From NCBI GenBank assembly GCA_041660225.1, contig JBAZWV010000001.1, positions 62,558-126,557 on the forward strand: a stretch of DNA of 64,000 nt, in the 5' to 3' direction. The stretch is from Patescibacteria group bacterium (lineage in GTDB: Bacteria > Patescibacteriota > Patescibacteriia > 2-12-FULL-60-25). Made by a program: the position numbers and the translations under genes. Shown here piece after piece: positions 1 through 12,448 of this stretch (position 1 is its first letter; every line of letters starts with the position of its first letter). The notes under the pieces are model-generated. The model saw nothing but the letters and a program-made list of their open reading frames with translations, searched no databases and was not told the origin of the DNA.

Positions 1-1
1 A

Positions 2-76
2 GTCGCCGGAGCCGTTGATGAAAAAACGCAGCGCGCGTTGATTGCCGACGCGTTACAAGATATCGAACGCGCATAA
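2..76 (+). CDS. atpF: ATP synthase subunit b, C-terminal end (5' truncated by window edge)
   Basis: The frame is open from the window edge and ends at TAA 74-76 (...VDEKTQRALIADALQDIERA*). It sits 1 nt before atpH in an atp operon. The call rests on position only. Confidence 0.5.
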   Translation, partial: VAGAVDEKTQRALIADALQDIERA

Positions 77-77
77 T

Positions 78-554
78 ATGGCTGTTTCCCGCTTGGTCAA
101 AGATATCGCGCACGCGCTTGTCGCAGCTGCGCAGGACGAGAAGGTCGTTGCAAAGATCGTCGAAGATCTGAAACGTCTCCAGGTTGCTCAAACAAATAAA
201 ACGCTTTCCGAAGCACTCGATGATGTTCATCCCTTCACACAGAACGCGATCCTTTCTCTCCAACATCATTCACTCCTGAAAGACCTTCCTGCATTCGTCA
301 CGGCAGTTCTCGCCGAAGCGCAGTCAACAGCAAATCATCGGGACGTGCGCGTGACAACGCCGCTTCCGCTCACGGACGGGGAACGGAAATCGATTGCGAA
401 GATCGTCGAGAAGAAATTCGGGGGAACGCACACGCTGTCGGAACGGATCGAGCCGGGAATCATCGGCGGACTCATCATCGACATCGGCGATTGGCACATG
501 GACGCCAGCATCAAAGGGAAGCTCACACGCCTCACGAACGCACTCACCGCATAA
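78..554 (+). CDS. atpH: F0F1 ATP synthase subunit delta (OSCP)
   Basis: ATG at 78 follows the atpF stop. The C-terminus [25 protein letters not shown] is typical of OSCP/delta. The gene lies directly upstream of atpA. Confidence 0.85.
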   Translation: MAVSRLVKDIAHALVAAAQDEKVVAKIVEDLKRLQVAQTNKTLSEALDDVHPFTQNAILSLQHHSLLKDLPAFVTAVLAEAQSTANHRDVRVTTPLPLTDGERKSIAKIVEKKFGGTHTLSERIEPGIIGGLIIDIGDWHMDASIKGKLTRLTNALTA

Positions 555-558
555 ATCT

Positions 559-2091
559 ATGTCAGAATCCAAACTCAAAAACGTGACCGCCGCGGCTCAA
601 ATCGCGGAGCGTCTCAAACAGCAGATCAAGGAGTTCGATGCGTCCAGCAAAGCGACGCAGTCGGGCGTGGTTCGTGACACCGGTGATGGCATTGCCTCGG
701 TTTCGGGTCTCGCGAATGTCGCGTCCATGGAAATGATCACGTTCGAGCGCGGTGAAGAGGGCGTCGTGTTGAACCTCGAACATGATCGTGTCGGTACGAT
801 GATTCTTGGTGATGCGAAAAACGTGCGCGCTGGCGATAGCGTTGCAGCAACAGGAACGATTCTGTCGATCGGCGTTTCGGATGAAATTGTCGGACGCGTC
901 GTGAGCCCACTCGGAAAAGCGCTGGATGGAAAGGGCGACATCAAGATCACGAAGACGATGCCGATCGAACGCGTTGCTCCGGGCGTCATGAGTCGTGAAC
1001 CGGTGAACCAGCCGATCATGACGGGCATCAAAGCGATCGACGCCATGATTCCGATCGGACGCGGACAACGCGAACTCATCATCGGTGATCGTCAGACGGG
1101 TAAGACGGCGATTGCGATCGACGCGATCATCAACCAAAAAGGAAAGAACGTGAAATGCGTCTACGTTGCGATCGCGCAAAAAGAATCGAAAATCGCGAAA
1201 CTCGTCGCCAAACTCGAAGCTGCGGGCGCGATGGAATACACCGTCATCGTTCTTGCCGGTGCGTCCGATCCAGCTTCGCTTCAATACATCGCACCGTACG
1301 CGGGTGTTGCGATCGCGGAATATTTCCTCGCAAAAGGTGAAGACAGTCTCGTAGTCTATGACGACCTCTCGAAGCACGCGCAAGCGTATCGTGAAGTTTC
1401 GCTCTTGCTCCGCCGTCCGCCGGGTCGCGAAGCCTATCCGGGTGACGTGTTTTATCTCCACTCCCGTTTGCTCGAACGCGCCTGTCGTTTGAACAAAGAA
1501 AGCGGCGGCGGATCGATCACGGCGCTTCCGATCATCGAAACGCAAGCCGGTGATATTTCGGCGTACATCCCGACGAACGTCATTTCGATTACGGACGGTC
1601 AGATCTTCTTGGAATCCGATCTCTTCTACAAAGGCGTCCGCCCAGCTGTAAACGTCGGCTTGTCCGTGTCGCGCGTCGGTGGTGCGGCGCAAACCAAGGC
1701 AATGAAGAAAGTTGCCGGTCAGCTTCGCCTCGACCTCGCACAATTCCGCGAACTCGAAGCGTTCTCACAATTCGCGACCGACCTCGACGAAATGACGCGC
1801 AAACAAATCGAGCGCGGACGCCGTACTGTTGAAGTGTTGAAACAGGGGCAATACGAACCGATGTCAATGGCGCACCAGGTCGCGACGATCTACGCCGTCA
1901 GCAAAGGTCTTACGGATGGCGTTGAGGTTGCGCGTATCAAGGAATGGGAACATGGCTACCATCGTTTCTTGGACGAAAGTGCTTCTGATGTCATGAGCGC
2001 CCTCGAAGATAAAAAGGTTCTTGAACCGGACATTGAAGAAGGGTTGAAAAAGGCGATCGAATCCTGGAACGACACCTTCGCCGCTTTGTAA
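559..2091 (+). CDS. atpA: F0F1 ATP synthase subunit alpha
   Basis: ATG at 559 (MSESKLK...). It has the Walker A motif GDRQTGKT and alpha-subunit blocks such as [17 protein letters not shown] and [20 protein letters not shown]. The track ORF start at 394 is an out-of-gene extension overlapping atpH. Confidence 0.97.
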   Translation: MSESKLKNVTAAAQIAERLKQQIKEFDASSKATQSGVVRDTGDGIASVSGLANVASMEMITFERGEEGVVLNLEHDRVGTMILGDAKNVRAGDSVAATGTILSIGVSDEIVGRVVSPLGKALDGKGDIKITKTMPIERVAPGVMSREPVNQPIMTGIKAIDAMIPIGRGQRELIIGDRQTGKTAIAIDAIINQKGKNVKCVYVAIAQKESKIAKLVAKLEAAGAMEYTVIVLAGASDPASLQYIAPYAGVAIAEYFLAKGEDSLVVYDDLSKHAQAYREVSLLLRRPPGREAYPGDVFYLHSRLLERACRLNKESGGGSITALPIIETQAGDISAYIPTNVISITDGQIFLESDLFYKGVRPAVNVGLSVSRVGGAAQTKAMKKVAGQLRLDLAQFRELEAFSQFATDLDEMTRKQIERGRRTVEVLKQGQYEPMSMAHQVATIYAVSKGLTDGVEVARIKEWEHGYHRFLDESASDVMSALEDKKVLEPDIEEGLKKAIESWNDTFAAL

Positions 2092-2100
2092 TCCACACTC

Positions 2101-4373
<2,273 letters not shown>

Positions 4374-4376
4374 CAC

Positions 4377-4847
4377 ATGTCTCTCCATCTTGAACTCGTA
4401 ACGCCAGAACGCATTCTCTTCAGCATCGAAGCGGAACGCGTCACGCTCCCGACTGCCGAGGGTGAAATTACGGTTCTTGCGAACCATGCGCCGCTTGTCG
4501 CCAAGCTTGTTGCGGGGATGATGATCCTGGTGACGAAGCAGGGGACGGAGGAAGTTGCGGTATCGGGTGGGTTTATCGAAATCCTGAAGGATAATCGTGT
4601 TCGCGTGTTGGCAGATACGGCCGAACGAGGAGAAGAACTTGATCTGACCGCGATCACGGCGGCAAAGGAACGGGCGGAACAGGTGATGAAAGAAACCGTC
4701 CGCAGCGATGATACGGCGTACGCGCTGGCCGCCGCCTCGCTGGAACGTGAGCTCGCTCGTGAAAAAGTGGCCCGCCGCGCCCATGCCGCGCGCCGCGTCC
4801 CGACTGTTGACGCAGCGAGTCTTCCTCACGACGAAAACCCGGTATAA
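4377..4847 (+). CDS. atpC: F0F1 ATP synthase subunit epsilon (with a somewhat long C-terminal helical tail)
   Basis: The N-terminal beta-sandwiched pattern LELVTPERILFS...VTLPTAEGEITVLANHAPL matches epsilon. It is the last gene of the atp operon. Confidence 0.9.
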   Translation: MSLHLELVTPERILFSIEAERVTLPTAEGEITVLANHAPLVAKLVAGMMILVTKQGTEEVAVSGGFIEILKDNRVRVLADTAERGEELDLTAITAAKERAEQVMKETVRSDDTAYALAAASLERELAREKVARRAHAARRVPTVDAASLPHDENPV

Positions 4848-4853
4848 TGAATT

Positions 4854-5393
4854 ATGCGACTCTTCATCGGGATTCGAATACCCAATGATATCCAGGCGTC
4901 TCTTCAGCGGAACTGGGAACAAAGCGACCATCCCTCCGAAGATATGCGGGTTCTGGAGCCGGAAAGCCGCCACCTCACACTCGCCTTCCTCGGTGAAGTG
5001 AGTCCGGACAACCGACTGGCGCTTGAGATTTTGATCTCTAAAGCCATGGAACGACCTCCAAAAGGGTCGTTTTCATTTGTGACGTTTGAAACGTTTCCTC
5101 CAAAAGCACCGATTATTATCACCGCAAAACTGGATATCTCCGATGCACCTTCGTGGCCGGATTTTGTCGACCGGTTGCGCGATATGGTTTCGGTTGCTGC
5201 TCCAAGCGTTGACCGCAAGCCGTGGATGGCGCACGTTACCGTTGCACGTAGCCGCAAAGCCATCCTCCCCGCGTGGAACGAATCGTTCGATCCGATCCCG
5301 TGGAAACCGGAGAATGTTTCTCTTATCCTCAGCGAACCAGGCAGTAATGGTTCAAGATACACAGATCTTCATGTCTTCCCCCTCGACGTTTGA
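4854..5393 (+). CDS. thpR: RNA 2',3'-cyclic phosphodiesterase / 2'-5' RNA ligase family (2H phosphoesterase)
   Basis: It carries two H-x-T/S-x motifs (HLTLAFLG and HVTVAR) with the spacing typical of LigT/ThpR. Confidence 0.8.
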   Translation: MRLFIGIRIPNDIQASLQRNWEQSDHPSEDMRVLEPESRHLTLAFLGEVSPDNRLALEILISKAMERPPKGSFSFVTFETFPPKAPIIITAKLDISDAPSWPDFVDRLRDMVSVAAPSVDRKPWMAHVTVARSRKAILPAWNESFDPIPWKPENVSLILSEPGSNGSRYTDLHVFPLDV

Positions 5394-6135
5394 GTGCTTC
5401 GGACTCGTTATCCACGGATTAGACTGGGAACGCGTCCGAGAGAAAATTGACTACGCCGTTTCACGCCGTGAACAACTTTGGATTGTCACGACAAATCCGG
5501 AAATTCTGCTTGAAGCAAAACGGAATCCATCATACTGGCAAACCGTCCGGCAAGCCGATCTGCGACTCGTGGACGGTTTTGGATTGAAACTCGTTGGTCG
5601 ATTGTTCGGTGCGAGGTTGGAACGGCTGACAGGCGTTGAACTCTCGGAACAGTTGTTGCAGATCGCGGAAGAACGGAACTGGAAGGTCGCGTTTATTGGC
5701 GGAGGGAAGGACAGTGGTGATAAAGCCGCGTGGGAAATTCGAAAGCGTTTCACGCGACTGCGGATCGTGACGGAACGAGCAGGCACGATCGGAAATGATG
5801 GAGCTGGAGACGTGGCAACGGACGAAGCGTTGCAACGGCTAACGCTCGAAGCGCCGGATGTCATGCTTGTTGCGTTTGGTCATCCGAAACAAGAGGCATG
5901 GATTGCGCGTCATCTCGCTGAGCTTCCAAGTGTGAAGGTTGCCGTCGGTGTTGGCGGAACCTTTGACTATTGGTCCGGCGGAGCCTCGCGAGCACCAATG
6001 TGGATGCGCTCGATCGGTCTCGAATGGCTGTGGCGTGTCGCGCATGAACCGAAACGGTGGAAACGCATCTGGAACGCCGTCGTGGTTTTTCCTCTTACCG
6101 CGATCTTTAGCCGATTGGATCATAAGACTGCGTAA
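5371..6135 (+). CDS. WecB/TagA/CpsF family glycosyltransferase
   Basis: Family blocks IVTTNPEILLEA, ADLRLVDGFGL, FGHPKQEAW, GVGGTFDYWSG and EWLWR are present. The start is ambiguous: ATG 5371 or ATG 5347. The track start at 5086 is an extension overlapping thpR. Confidence 0.8.
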   Translation: MSSPSTFECFGLVIHGLDWERVREKIDYAVSRREQLWIVTTNPEILLEAKRNPSYWQTVRQADLRLVDGFGLKLVGRLFGARLERLTGVELSEQLLQIAEERNWKVAFIGGGKDSGDKAAWEIRKRFTRLRIVTERAGTIGNDGAGDVATDEALQRLTLEAPDVMLVAFGHPKQEAWIARHLAELPSVKVAVGVGGTFDYWSGGASRAPMWMRSIGLEWLWRVAHEPKRWKRIWNAVVVFPLTAIFSRLDHKTA

Positions 6136-6137
6136 GC

Positions 6138-7649
6138 ATGGACAATCCCTTCCAAAAAACCTACCCTACGGAGGCTATGGAACGAGTCCGCGTACGGTTT
6201 GCCCCCAGTCCCACGGGTTTTTTGCATATTGGCGGTTTGCGGAGTGCGCTCTACAACGAGTTATTCGCGCGTCATCATCAAGGTGATTTCATTTTACGCA
6301 TCGAAGACACGGATCGGACGAGATTCGTAGAAGGTGCGGTTGAAAATCTCTGTCGCTCGCTTGAAGCGTGTGGCGTGATTCCGAATGAAGGCGTGTGGTT
6401 GGATAAAAAAGGAAATGTGATGCAGCGCGGTGATCACGGACCGTACATCCAATCGGAACGTCAGGAAAAACATCGTGCGTATGCCGACGAGTTAGTGAAG
6501 ATCGGAAAAGCCTATCATTGTTTCTGCACGCAAAAACGACTTGAGACGCTTCGCGAAGAACAGCAGGCGTCAGGGAAGCCAACGATGTATGACGGGCACT
6601 GTCGGGCCGTGCCGCATGAAGAAGCAGAAGGACGGATCAAGAATGGTGAGGGATACGTCATTCGTTTGAAATTGCCAAAACAAGGGAGCGTGACGGTGTG
6701 GGATTTGATTCGCGACGACATCTCGTTTGAGTGGGCGCTCATCGACGATCAGGTCATTATCAAATCCGACGGTTTTCCGACGTATCACTTGGCGGCGACC
6801 TGCGATGACCATGACATGGAGATCTCACACGTCATCCGCGGAGAAGAATGGCTGCCATCCGCACCAAAGCATCTTTTTATCTACGAAGCATTCGGCTGGA
6901 AGCCACCCAAGTTTGCGCATCTCCCGCTCCTGTTGAATAGCGATCGTTCCAAGCTCTCGAAACGACAAGGCGACGTTGCCGTCGAAGATTATTTGAAGAA
7001 AGGATATCTTCCGGAAGCGCTTCTCAACTTCGTTGCGCTTCTTGGTTGGAATCCGAGTGGAGAAAAGGAAGTGTACACGCATGAAGAATTGACGGCGCAA
7101 TTCGATATCACAAAAGTAAACAAAGCAGGAGCCGTCCTGAATGTGGAAAAACTTGATTGGTTGAACGCGCAATATCTTCGGACGATGCCGACGGAAAAAT
7201 ATCTCACACTGATGCATCCGTTCGTCGCGGAGAAAACGGATGACGGATCGTTTGCGGATCGTTGTCTTCTTCTGATCCGCGATCGCCTCACGAAGCCGCA
7301 AGACGTGGACGAACTGACAACATTTTTCTTCCGTGATCATTTGGATTATTCAAAAGCGCCGCTGACATGGAAGACGCAATCGAGAGAAGAAGCGAAGGAA
7401 CGTCTTGAGGCGTTGCGTGAGATCATCAGCTCGATGAACGAAGGCACTACGTTGAACGCGATGGAAATTGAAACAGCTATCAAGAATCGTATTGCAGAAA
7501 AAGGGTGGGGGAATGGGGATACGCTGTGGCCAATGCGAGTGGCGTTGTCGGGACAAGAAAAATCACCCGGACCCTTTGAGCTTGCGGCTACGTACGGCAA
7601 AAAACGGGCTCTAGAACGTCTTGAGGACGCGATCAGCTCCCTTTCCTGA
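6138..7649 (+). CDS. gltX: glutamate--tRNA ligase
   Basis: It has RFAPSPTGFLHIGGLRSALYN (HIGH-type motif), the KLSKRQG (KMSKS) motif and IEDTD. Confidence 0.95.
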   Translation: MDNPFQKTYPTEAMERVRVRFAPSPTGFLHIGGLRSALYNELFARHHQGDFILRIEDTDRTRFVEGAVENLCRSLEACGVIPNEGVWLDKKGNVMQRGDHGPYIQSERQEKHRAYADELVKIGKAYHCFCTQKRLETLREEQQASGKPTMYDGHCRAVPHEEAEGRIKNGEGYVIRLKLPKQGSVTVWDLIRDDISFEWALIDDQVIIKSDGFPTYHLAATCDDHDMEISHVIRGEEWLPSAPKHLFIYEAFGWKPPKFAHLPLLLNSDRSKLSKRQGDVAVEDYLKKGYLPEALLNFVALLGWNPSGEKEVYTHEELTAQFDITKVNKAGAVLNVEKLDWLNAQYLRTMPTEKYLTLMHPFVAEKTDDGSFADRCLLLIRDRLTKPQDVDELTTFFFRDHLDYSKAPLTWKTQSREEAKERLEALREIISSMNEGTTLNAMEIETAIKNRIAEKGWGNGDTLWPMRVALSGQEKSPGPFELAATYGKKRALERLEDAISSLS

Positions 7650-7664
7650 TATACTCAGAATCGC

Positions 7665-8906
7665 ATGCGTCTACGGAGGATTCTCGCGATAGTACTCCTC
7701 AGCCCACTTACGTTTGGGGCTGTTTTTCCGGTTGTCGCTCAAGTAGCACACGAGGATGACGGGGATGTCGCCATCAAAGAAACCGTTGATGATCTGAACG
7801 AGGCCGTAAAGGATAAGCGTGGTCGTATTAAAGAACTTGATACGTTGATCGGCGGATATCGCAGTCGGATCAAGGAGCAGGAAGCGTCACAGCTCACGCT
7901 TGAAAACGAAGTTGCACTGCTCGACAATCGCATTCGAGAAAAAGAACTCGACATCCAGCGCGCCAAAACGGAAATTGAAACTCTCAATCTTGAAATTGAG
8001 CAGCTTGGACAGGAGATTGCCATCCAAGAAGATCGTATCGCGAAACATAAAGATCTGATCGCTGAATTCGTACGTCGTACGCACCAGTCGGATGAAGTTT
8101 CGACGATGGACGTACTCCTCACACGGCCATCACTCTCTTCATTTTTTAATCGGATCGATGAAATGGAACGGCTTCAAAAAGAGCTGGGCGTGTCGATTGA
8201 AAAATTGAAAGGCGTAAAAGACAGCCTTGATAATGCCAAGCGGCTCCGAGATCAGCATCGCGCCGATGTGACGGAACAGGAAAACAAACTTCGAGACGAA
8301 CAAATGGAATTGGAACTCCAACGCAACACAAAAACATCTCTTGTCAGTGAAACGGCGCAAAGTCAGGAGGAGTTTCAGCGTATTCTGTACGAGTTGAAAC
8401 AACAGCAACAAATCACGTCTGGCGATATTTCACGACTTGAGGAGGAATTGAAAGATACGCTTGATAGCGTTGATGAATCGCTCGCGCGTGGCGATATTCT
8501 GCTCAATTGGCCGCTCAATCCGGCAAAAGGTATTAGCGCGAGTTTTCATGACCCAAGCTATCCGTTCCGACGCCTCTTCGAACACCCGGGAACAGATATT
8601 CCAGCTCCTGTCGGCACGGCTGTGAAGGCGGCGGCTGGCGGATATGTCGCTTGGAATAAGACAGGGAAGCAGTATGGCAACTACACGATGATCGTTCATC
8701 CAGGAGGAATTGCAACCATTTACGCGCACCTCTCGAAATTTGTCGCGAAGGCGGATACATACGTTGATCGCGGTGACGTGATCGGTCTTTCCGGCGGACG
8801 ACCGGGAGATCAGGGAGCGGGGCTCTCAACCGGACCACACCTTCACTTCGAAGTGCGACAAAACGGAATTCCGGTAAACGCAGAAAACTTTTTGCCTGGG
8901 CTGTAA
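7665..8906 (+). CDS. M23 family metallopeptidase with long N-terminal coiled coil (EnvC-like)
   Basis: A signal/TM N-terminus is followed by about 250 aa of heptad-rich E/K/L sequence. The C-terminal M23 motifs are HPGTDI...YAHLS...GPHLHFEVRQNG. Confidence 0.85.
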   Translation: MRLRRILAIVLLSPLTFGAVFPVVAQVAHEDDGDVAIKETVDDLNEAVKDKRGRIKELDTLIGGYRSRIKEQEASQLTLENEVALLDNRIREKELDIQRAKTEIETLNLEIEQLGQEIAIQEDRIAKHKDLIAEFVRRTHQSDEVSTMDVLLTRPSLSSFFNRIDEMERLQKELGVSIEKLKGVKDSLDNAKRLRDQHRADVTEQENKLRDEQMELELQRNTKTSLVSETAQSQEEFQRILYELKQQQQITSGDISRLEEELKDTLDSVDESLARGDILLNWPLNPAKGISASFHDPSYPFRRLFEHPGTDIPAPVGTAVKAAAGGYVAWNKTGKQYGNYTMIVHPGGIATIYAHLSKFVAKADTYVDRGDVIGLSGGRPGDQGAGLSTGPHLHFEVRQNGIPVNAENFLPGL

Positions 8907-8907
8907 G

Positions 8908-9867
8908 TTAAACGACCGCGAGATGTTTCGCGAAGGCGGTTTCGAGGTCATCCATCGTTGAAACGCGGACGAGATCTTCTTTGATTCCTTTGAGGCCCGG
9001 AACGTTTTTAAAATACCAGGGAAGATGTTTGCGGAGTTTCACGAGACCGTACGGACCATGATGTTCGATTTGGAGACGCGCGTGTTCGCGAACGACCGCG
9101 ACGCGTTCCTGCATCGTTGGCAATTCAGGATCAATGCCTTCACGAAGACCGCGAACCATCCGTTCAAAGACCCACGGATTGCCAAGCGCGCCGCGTCCGA
9201 TCAAGACACCGTCTGCGTTGCTGAGACGAAGTGCTTCGCGAGCTTCTTCGAGATTTGTAATGTCGCCGTTTACGAGAACCGGAAGCGTCGTATTGGCACG
9301 TGCTTCACCGATGCGGGCCCAATTGGATTTACCGCTGTAGCCCTGCTCTTTCGTGCGGCCGTGAATTGAGATAAGATCGGCGCCCGCTGCTTCAAGAACC
9401 TTCACGAACTCAAGAACGTCCGTATCTTTGCTCCAACCTAGACGCGTTTTTACGCTGAGTGGTACAGTGATCGCTGCCTTCATCGCTTTGATGATGGCCG
9501 TCGCACGCTCGGGGTCTTTGATCAAAAAAGCGCCGTTAAAGTTGGAAACAAGATTGTAGACGGGACAGCCCATGTTGATATCGATCGCATCGGGCTTGTA
9601 TCGCTCTTCGATGATCCGCGCAGCCTCGGCCATGGCAGCCGGATCGGAACCGAAGATCTGCTGGACGAGAGGACGTTCGCGCTCATCGAACTCGCACATC
9701 CGAAGTGTCTTGGGATTCATGCGAACGACAGCTTCGGACGAGACCATCTCGCGGAACATCAGCGGTGCACCGTGCGCCTTGCACACGAGGCAAAAGGGAA
9801 GATCGCTCATGTCTGCCATGGGCGCGAGCGCGACGATCGGTCGCGGTTGATCTGACCAGCGGAACAT
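8908..9867 (-). CDS. dus: tRNA-dihydrouridine synthase
   Basis: Blocks LAPMADMSDLPF, IDINMGCP and HGRT...SG are typical of Dus. The chosen start is ATG at 9867. The track start at 9885 is TTG. Confidence 0.9.
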   Translation of the reverse strand: MFRWSDQPRPIVALAPMADMSDLPFCLVCKAHGAPLMFREMVSSEAVVRMNPKTLRMCEFDERERPLVQQIFGSDPAAMAEAARIIEERYKPDAIDINMGCPVYNLVSNFNGAFLIKDPERATAIIKAMKAAITVPLSVKTRLGWSKDTDVLEFVKVLEAAGADLISIHGRTKEQGYSGKSNWARIGEARANTTLPVLVNGDITNLEEAREALRLSNADGVLIGRGALGNPWVFERMVRGLREGIDPELPTMQERVAVVREHARLQIEHHGPYGLVKLRKHLPWYFKNVPGLKGIKEDLVRVSTMDDLETAFAKHLAVV

Positions 9868-9887
9868 GGCCGGAGGGTAGCACAATC

Positions 9888-11969
9888 ATGCCAGAATTCA
9901 AGCTCCACAGCCCCTATCAGCCATCGGGTGACCAGCCGGACGCGATTGCGGCCTTGGTTAAGGGCGTCAAAGGTGGCGCGATGTGCCAGACACTCCTTGG
10001 AGCCACGGCGACCGGTAAGACGTTCACAATTGCGAATGTCATTCAAGAAGTAAAAAAACCGACGTTGGTCCTCGCGCACAACAAGACGCTGGCCGCGCAG
10101 CTTTGCAATGAGTTCCGCGAATTTTTTCCCAACAATGCCGTTGAATACTTTGTTTCATACTACGACTACTATCAGCCGGAGGCGTACATCGCGAAGAGCG
10201 ATACGTACATCGAAAAAGAGGCGATGATCAACGAGGAAATTGATCGTCTTCGTCACAGCGCGACGCAAGCGTTGCTTACGCGCAAAGACGTGATCATCTG
10301 TTCTTCCGTTTCATGCATCTACGGTCTTGGTGCGCCGGAAGCGTACGAGAAGACGGTCATTCATATTACAAAAGGAGGTGACGTGACGCGCGAGGATTTG
10401 GTGCGCCGTCTGATCGAGATGCAATTCACGCGTACGAACGCAGAAATTTTACGTGGAACCTTCCGCGTCCAAGGACCGGTTCTTGAGATCATGCCGGTGA
10501 ACGAAGAGTTTATTTATCGTATCGAGGCACCACGAGGTGTCATTGAAGCGATCTTGAAAACGGATCCAGTGACACGAAAGATTCTTCGAGAGCAGGAAGA
10601 TTTGTGGATCTTCCCGGCGAAGCACTTTATTACGATGGGGCCGGAACGTGAACGCGCGATCAAGTCCATTCGAGAAGAATTGAAAGAGCGTCTTGTCTGG
10701 CTCGAAAAGAATGGAAAGCTTCTTGAAGCCGAACGATTGGATCGTCGCACGAAATTCGATCTTGAAATGATCGAGAACCTTGGCTATTGCAACGGCATTG
10801 AAAACTATTCACGCCATCTTTCCGGAAGACCGGAAGGCGCGCCGCCGGACACATTGCTCGCATACTTCCCCAAAGACTTCTTGCTCGTCGTCGACGAATC
10901 ACACGTCACGATTCCGCAAATCGGCGGAATGAGCGAAGGAGACAAGTCGCGCAAGAATACACTCGTCGAATATGGGTTCCGTTTACCGAGCGCGAAGGAT
11001 AATCGACCGTTGACGTTTCATGAATTCGAAGAGCGCGTGCAACAAGCAATCTTTGTTTCTGCAACACCAGGGGATTATGAAGCGAAACATTCCTCGATCA
11101 TTGCCGAACAAATTATTCGTCCGACGGGTCTTGTTGATCCGGAAGTTATCATTCATCCGATTACGCCAAAGAAAGGGGGAGTGGGACAGATTGATGATGT
11201 ACTGGCGCGTATTGCAGAGGTCGTGAAGCGAAAGGATCGCGTTCTGGTCACGACGCTGACAAAAAAGATGGCGGAAGATTTGAATGAGTTTTTGCTCGAA
11301 CGCAAAATCAAGTCGAGATATCTTCACAGTGATATTGATACGATCGAACGTCTTGAGATCCTTTCCGAATTCCGTCGAGGAACATATGACGTTATCGTTG
11401 GCGTGAACTTGCTTCGTGAAGGCTTGGACTTGCCCGAAGTTGCACTTGTCGCGATCCTCGATGCGGACAAGGAAGGATTCTTGCGATCTGAAACGTCACT
11501 GATTCAAACGATTGGTCGCGCGGCTCGTAACGTTCGGGGACAAGTTGTGCTCTATGCGGATCGGATGACGGGTTCGATGACTCGTGCCATTGCTGAGACA
11601 GATCGTCGTCGCGCCAAACAAACCGCATACAACCAGCTCCACGGCATCACGCCGCAAACAATTATCAAAGCCATCAAGGATTTGCGTGGTGAGCTTGGGC
11701 TGACCGGAAAGACAAAGGATATTAAAGCTATTTTGAAATTAGAGCTCACAGCAGAAACGCATGATCTGAAAACGGTATTGAAACAAAAAGATGTCGAGAT
11801 GAAAGAAGCTGCACGAAATCTCGAATTCGAGTTAGCTGCGATTCTACGCGATGAAATGTCCGTGCTCCTGAAAGAAATCAAGAAACGCGAAAAGAAAGGT
11901 TCGGCACTGCCGGAAGAATCTGAAAAGAAACTCCAGAAGAAACAGCCGCGACACGGACGCACGAGATAA
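9888..11969 (+). CDS. uvrB: excinuclease ABC subunit B
   Basis: ATG at 9888 (MPEFKLHSPYQPSGDQPDAI). It has GATATGKTFT (Walker A), DESH, a beta-hairpin region and the helicase C motifs. Confidence 0.97.
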   Translation: MPEFKLHSPYQPSGDQPDAIAALVKGVKGGAMCQTLLGATATGKTFTIANVIQEVKKPTLVLAHNKTLAAQLCNEFREFFPNNAVEYFVSYYDYYQPEAYIAKSDTYIEKEAMINEEIDRLRHSATQALLTRKDVIICSSVSCIYGLGAPEAYEKTVIHITKGGDVTREDLVRRLIEMQFTRTNAEILRGTFRVQGPVLEIMPVNEEFIYRIEAPRGVIEAILKTDPVTRKILREQEDLWIFPAKHFITMGPERERAIKSIREELKERLVWLEKNGKLLEAERLDRRTKFDLEMIENLGYCNGIENYSRHLSGRPEGAPPDTLLAYFPKDFLLVVDESHVTIPQIGGMSEGDKSRKNTLVEYGFRLPSAKDNRPLTFHEFEERVQQAIFVSATPGDYEAKHSSIIAEQIIRPTGLVDPEVIIHPITPKKGGVGQIDDVLARIAEVVKRKDRVLVTTLTKKMAEDLNEFLLERKIKSRYLHSDIDTIERLEILSEFRRGTYDVIVGVNLLREGLDLPEVALVAILDADKEGFLRSETSLIQTIGRAARNVRGQVVLYADRMTGSMTRAIAETDRRRAKQTAYNQLHGITPQTIIKAIKDLRGELGLTGKTKDIKAILKLELTAETHDLKTVLKQKDVEMKEAARNLEFELAAILRDEMSVLLKEIKKREKKGSALPEESEKKLQKKQPRHGRTR

Positions 11970-11983
11970 GGTATTCTATCATT

Positions 11984-12439
11984 ATGAAATCTCGCTCTCC
12001 TGTTTTCTCGATTATCCTTACGCTGCTCACGACGCTCATCCTCGTGATGCTCGTCTACATCGTCTTTCGATTTACGCAGACGAATAAACTACCGGCACCG
12101 ACGGTGCAGCCGGGTGGAATGACGACACAACCCGTTGATCCGGGACGCGCATTCATCAAAATCGTAACCGGGTCGGGCGTTGCGGATATCGGCGGGGAGT
12201 ATTCGATCGTGCTGGATTCAAACGAATGGGCGAAATGCACGGTGGATTTGTATGAACCGGGTGAAGTATTGTTTCAACAAACGAAAGATCAGGCTCGTGC
12301 GAATCCGCTCGCTCCAGGACGATTCAATTGGACATGGAAAGTCCCCATGGACGCTCAGGGTGGTGCGTGGCTCGCACGGGTTCTGTGCGGTAGCGCGGAG
12401 AATCTTGCAACGTTGGACCAGAGTATAGAGGTGCGATAA
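11984..12439 (+). CDS. hypothetical membrane-anchored protein
   Basis: An N-terminal hydrophobic helix (VFSIILTLLTTLILVMLVYIVF) is followed by a soluble domain. I recognise no family. Confidence 0.55.
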   Translation: MKSRSPVFSIILTLLTTLILVMLVYIVFRFTQTNKLPAPTVQPGGMTTQPVDPGRAFIKIVTGSGVADIGGEYSIVLDSNEWAKCTVDLYEPGEVLFQQTKDQARANPLAPGRFNWTWKVPMDAQGGAWLARVLCGSAENLATLDQSIEVR

Positions 12440-12448
12440 GGTGGCGGC

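Noticed and set aside
394-558. N-terminal extensions in the ORF track (e.g. 394, 5086, 9705, 16323, 20294, 35040, 40160, 50054)
   Set aside because: These extensions overlap the preceding gene in another frame. They often begin at TTG or GTG and precede an internal ATG where the conserved N-terminus of the family begins. I moved the starts to those ATGs.
562-1743. Long antisense (shadow) ORFs opposite conserved genes: 562-1743, 4209-4973, 12218-13876, 21626-22333, 24812-25720, 32721-33722, 40252-41031, 42828-43493, 50832-51551, 53540-54223
   Set aside because: Each lies opposite a gene with unmistakable family motifs (atpA, atpC/thpR, dnaG, the LOX protein, ABC-F, PspC, the L,D-transpeptidase, beta-CASP, nrdB, nrdA). 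Their translations are Arg/Ser-rich and low complexity.
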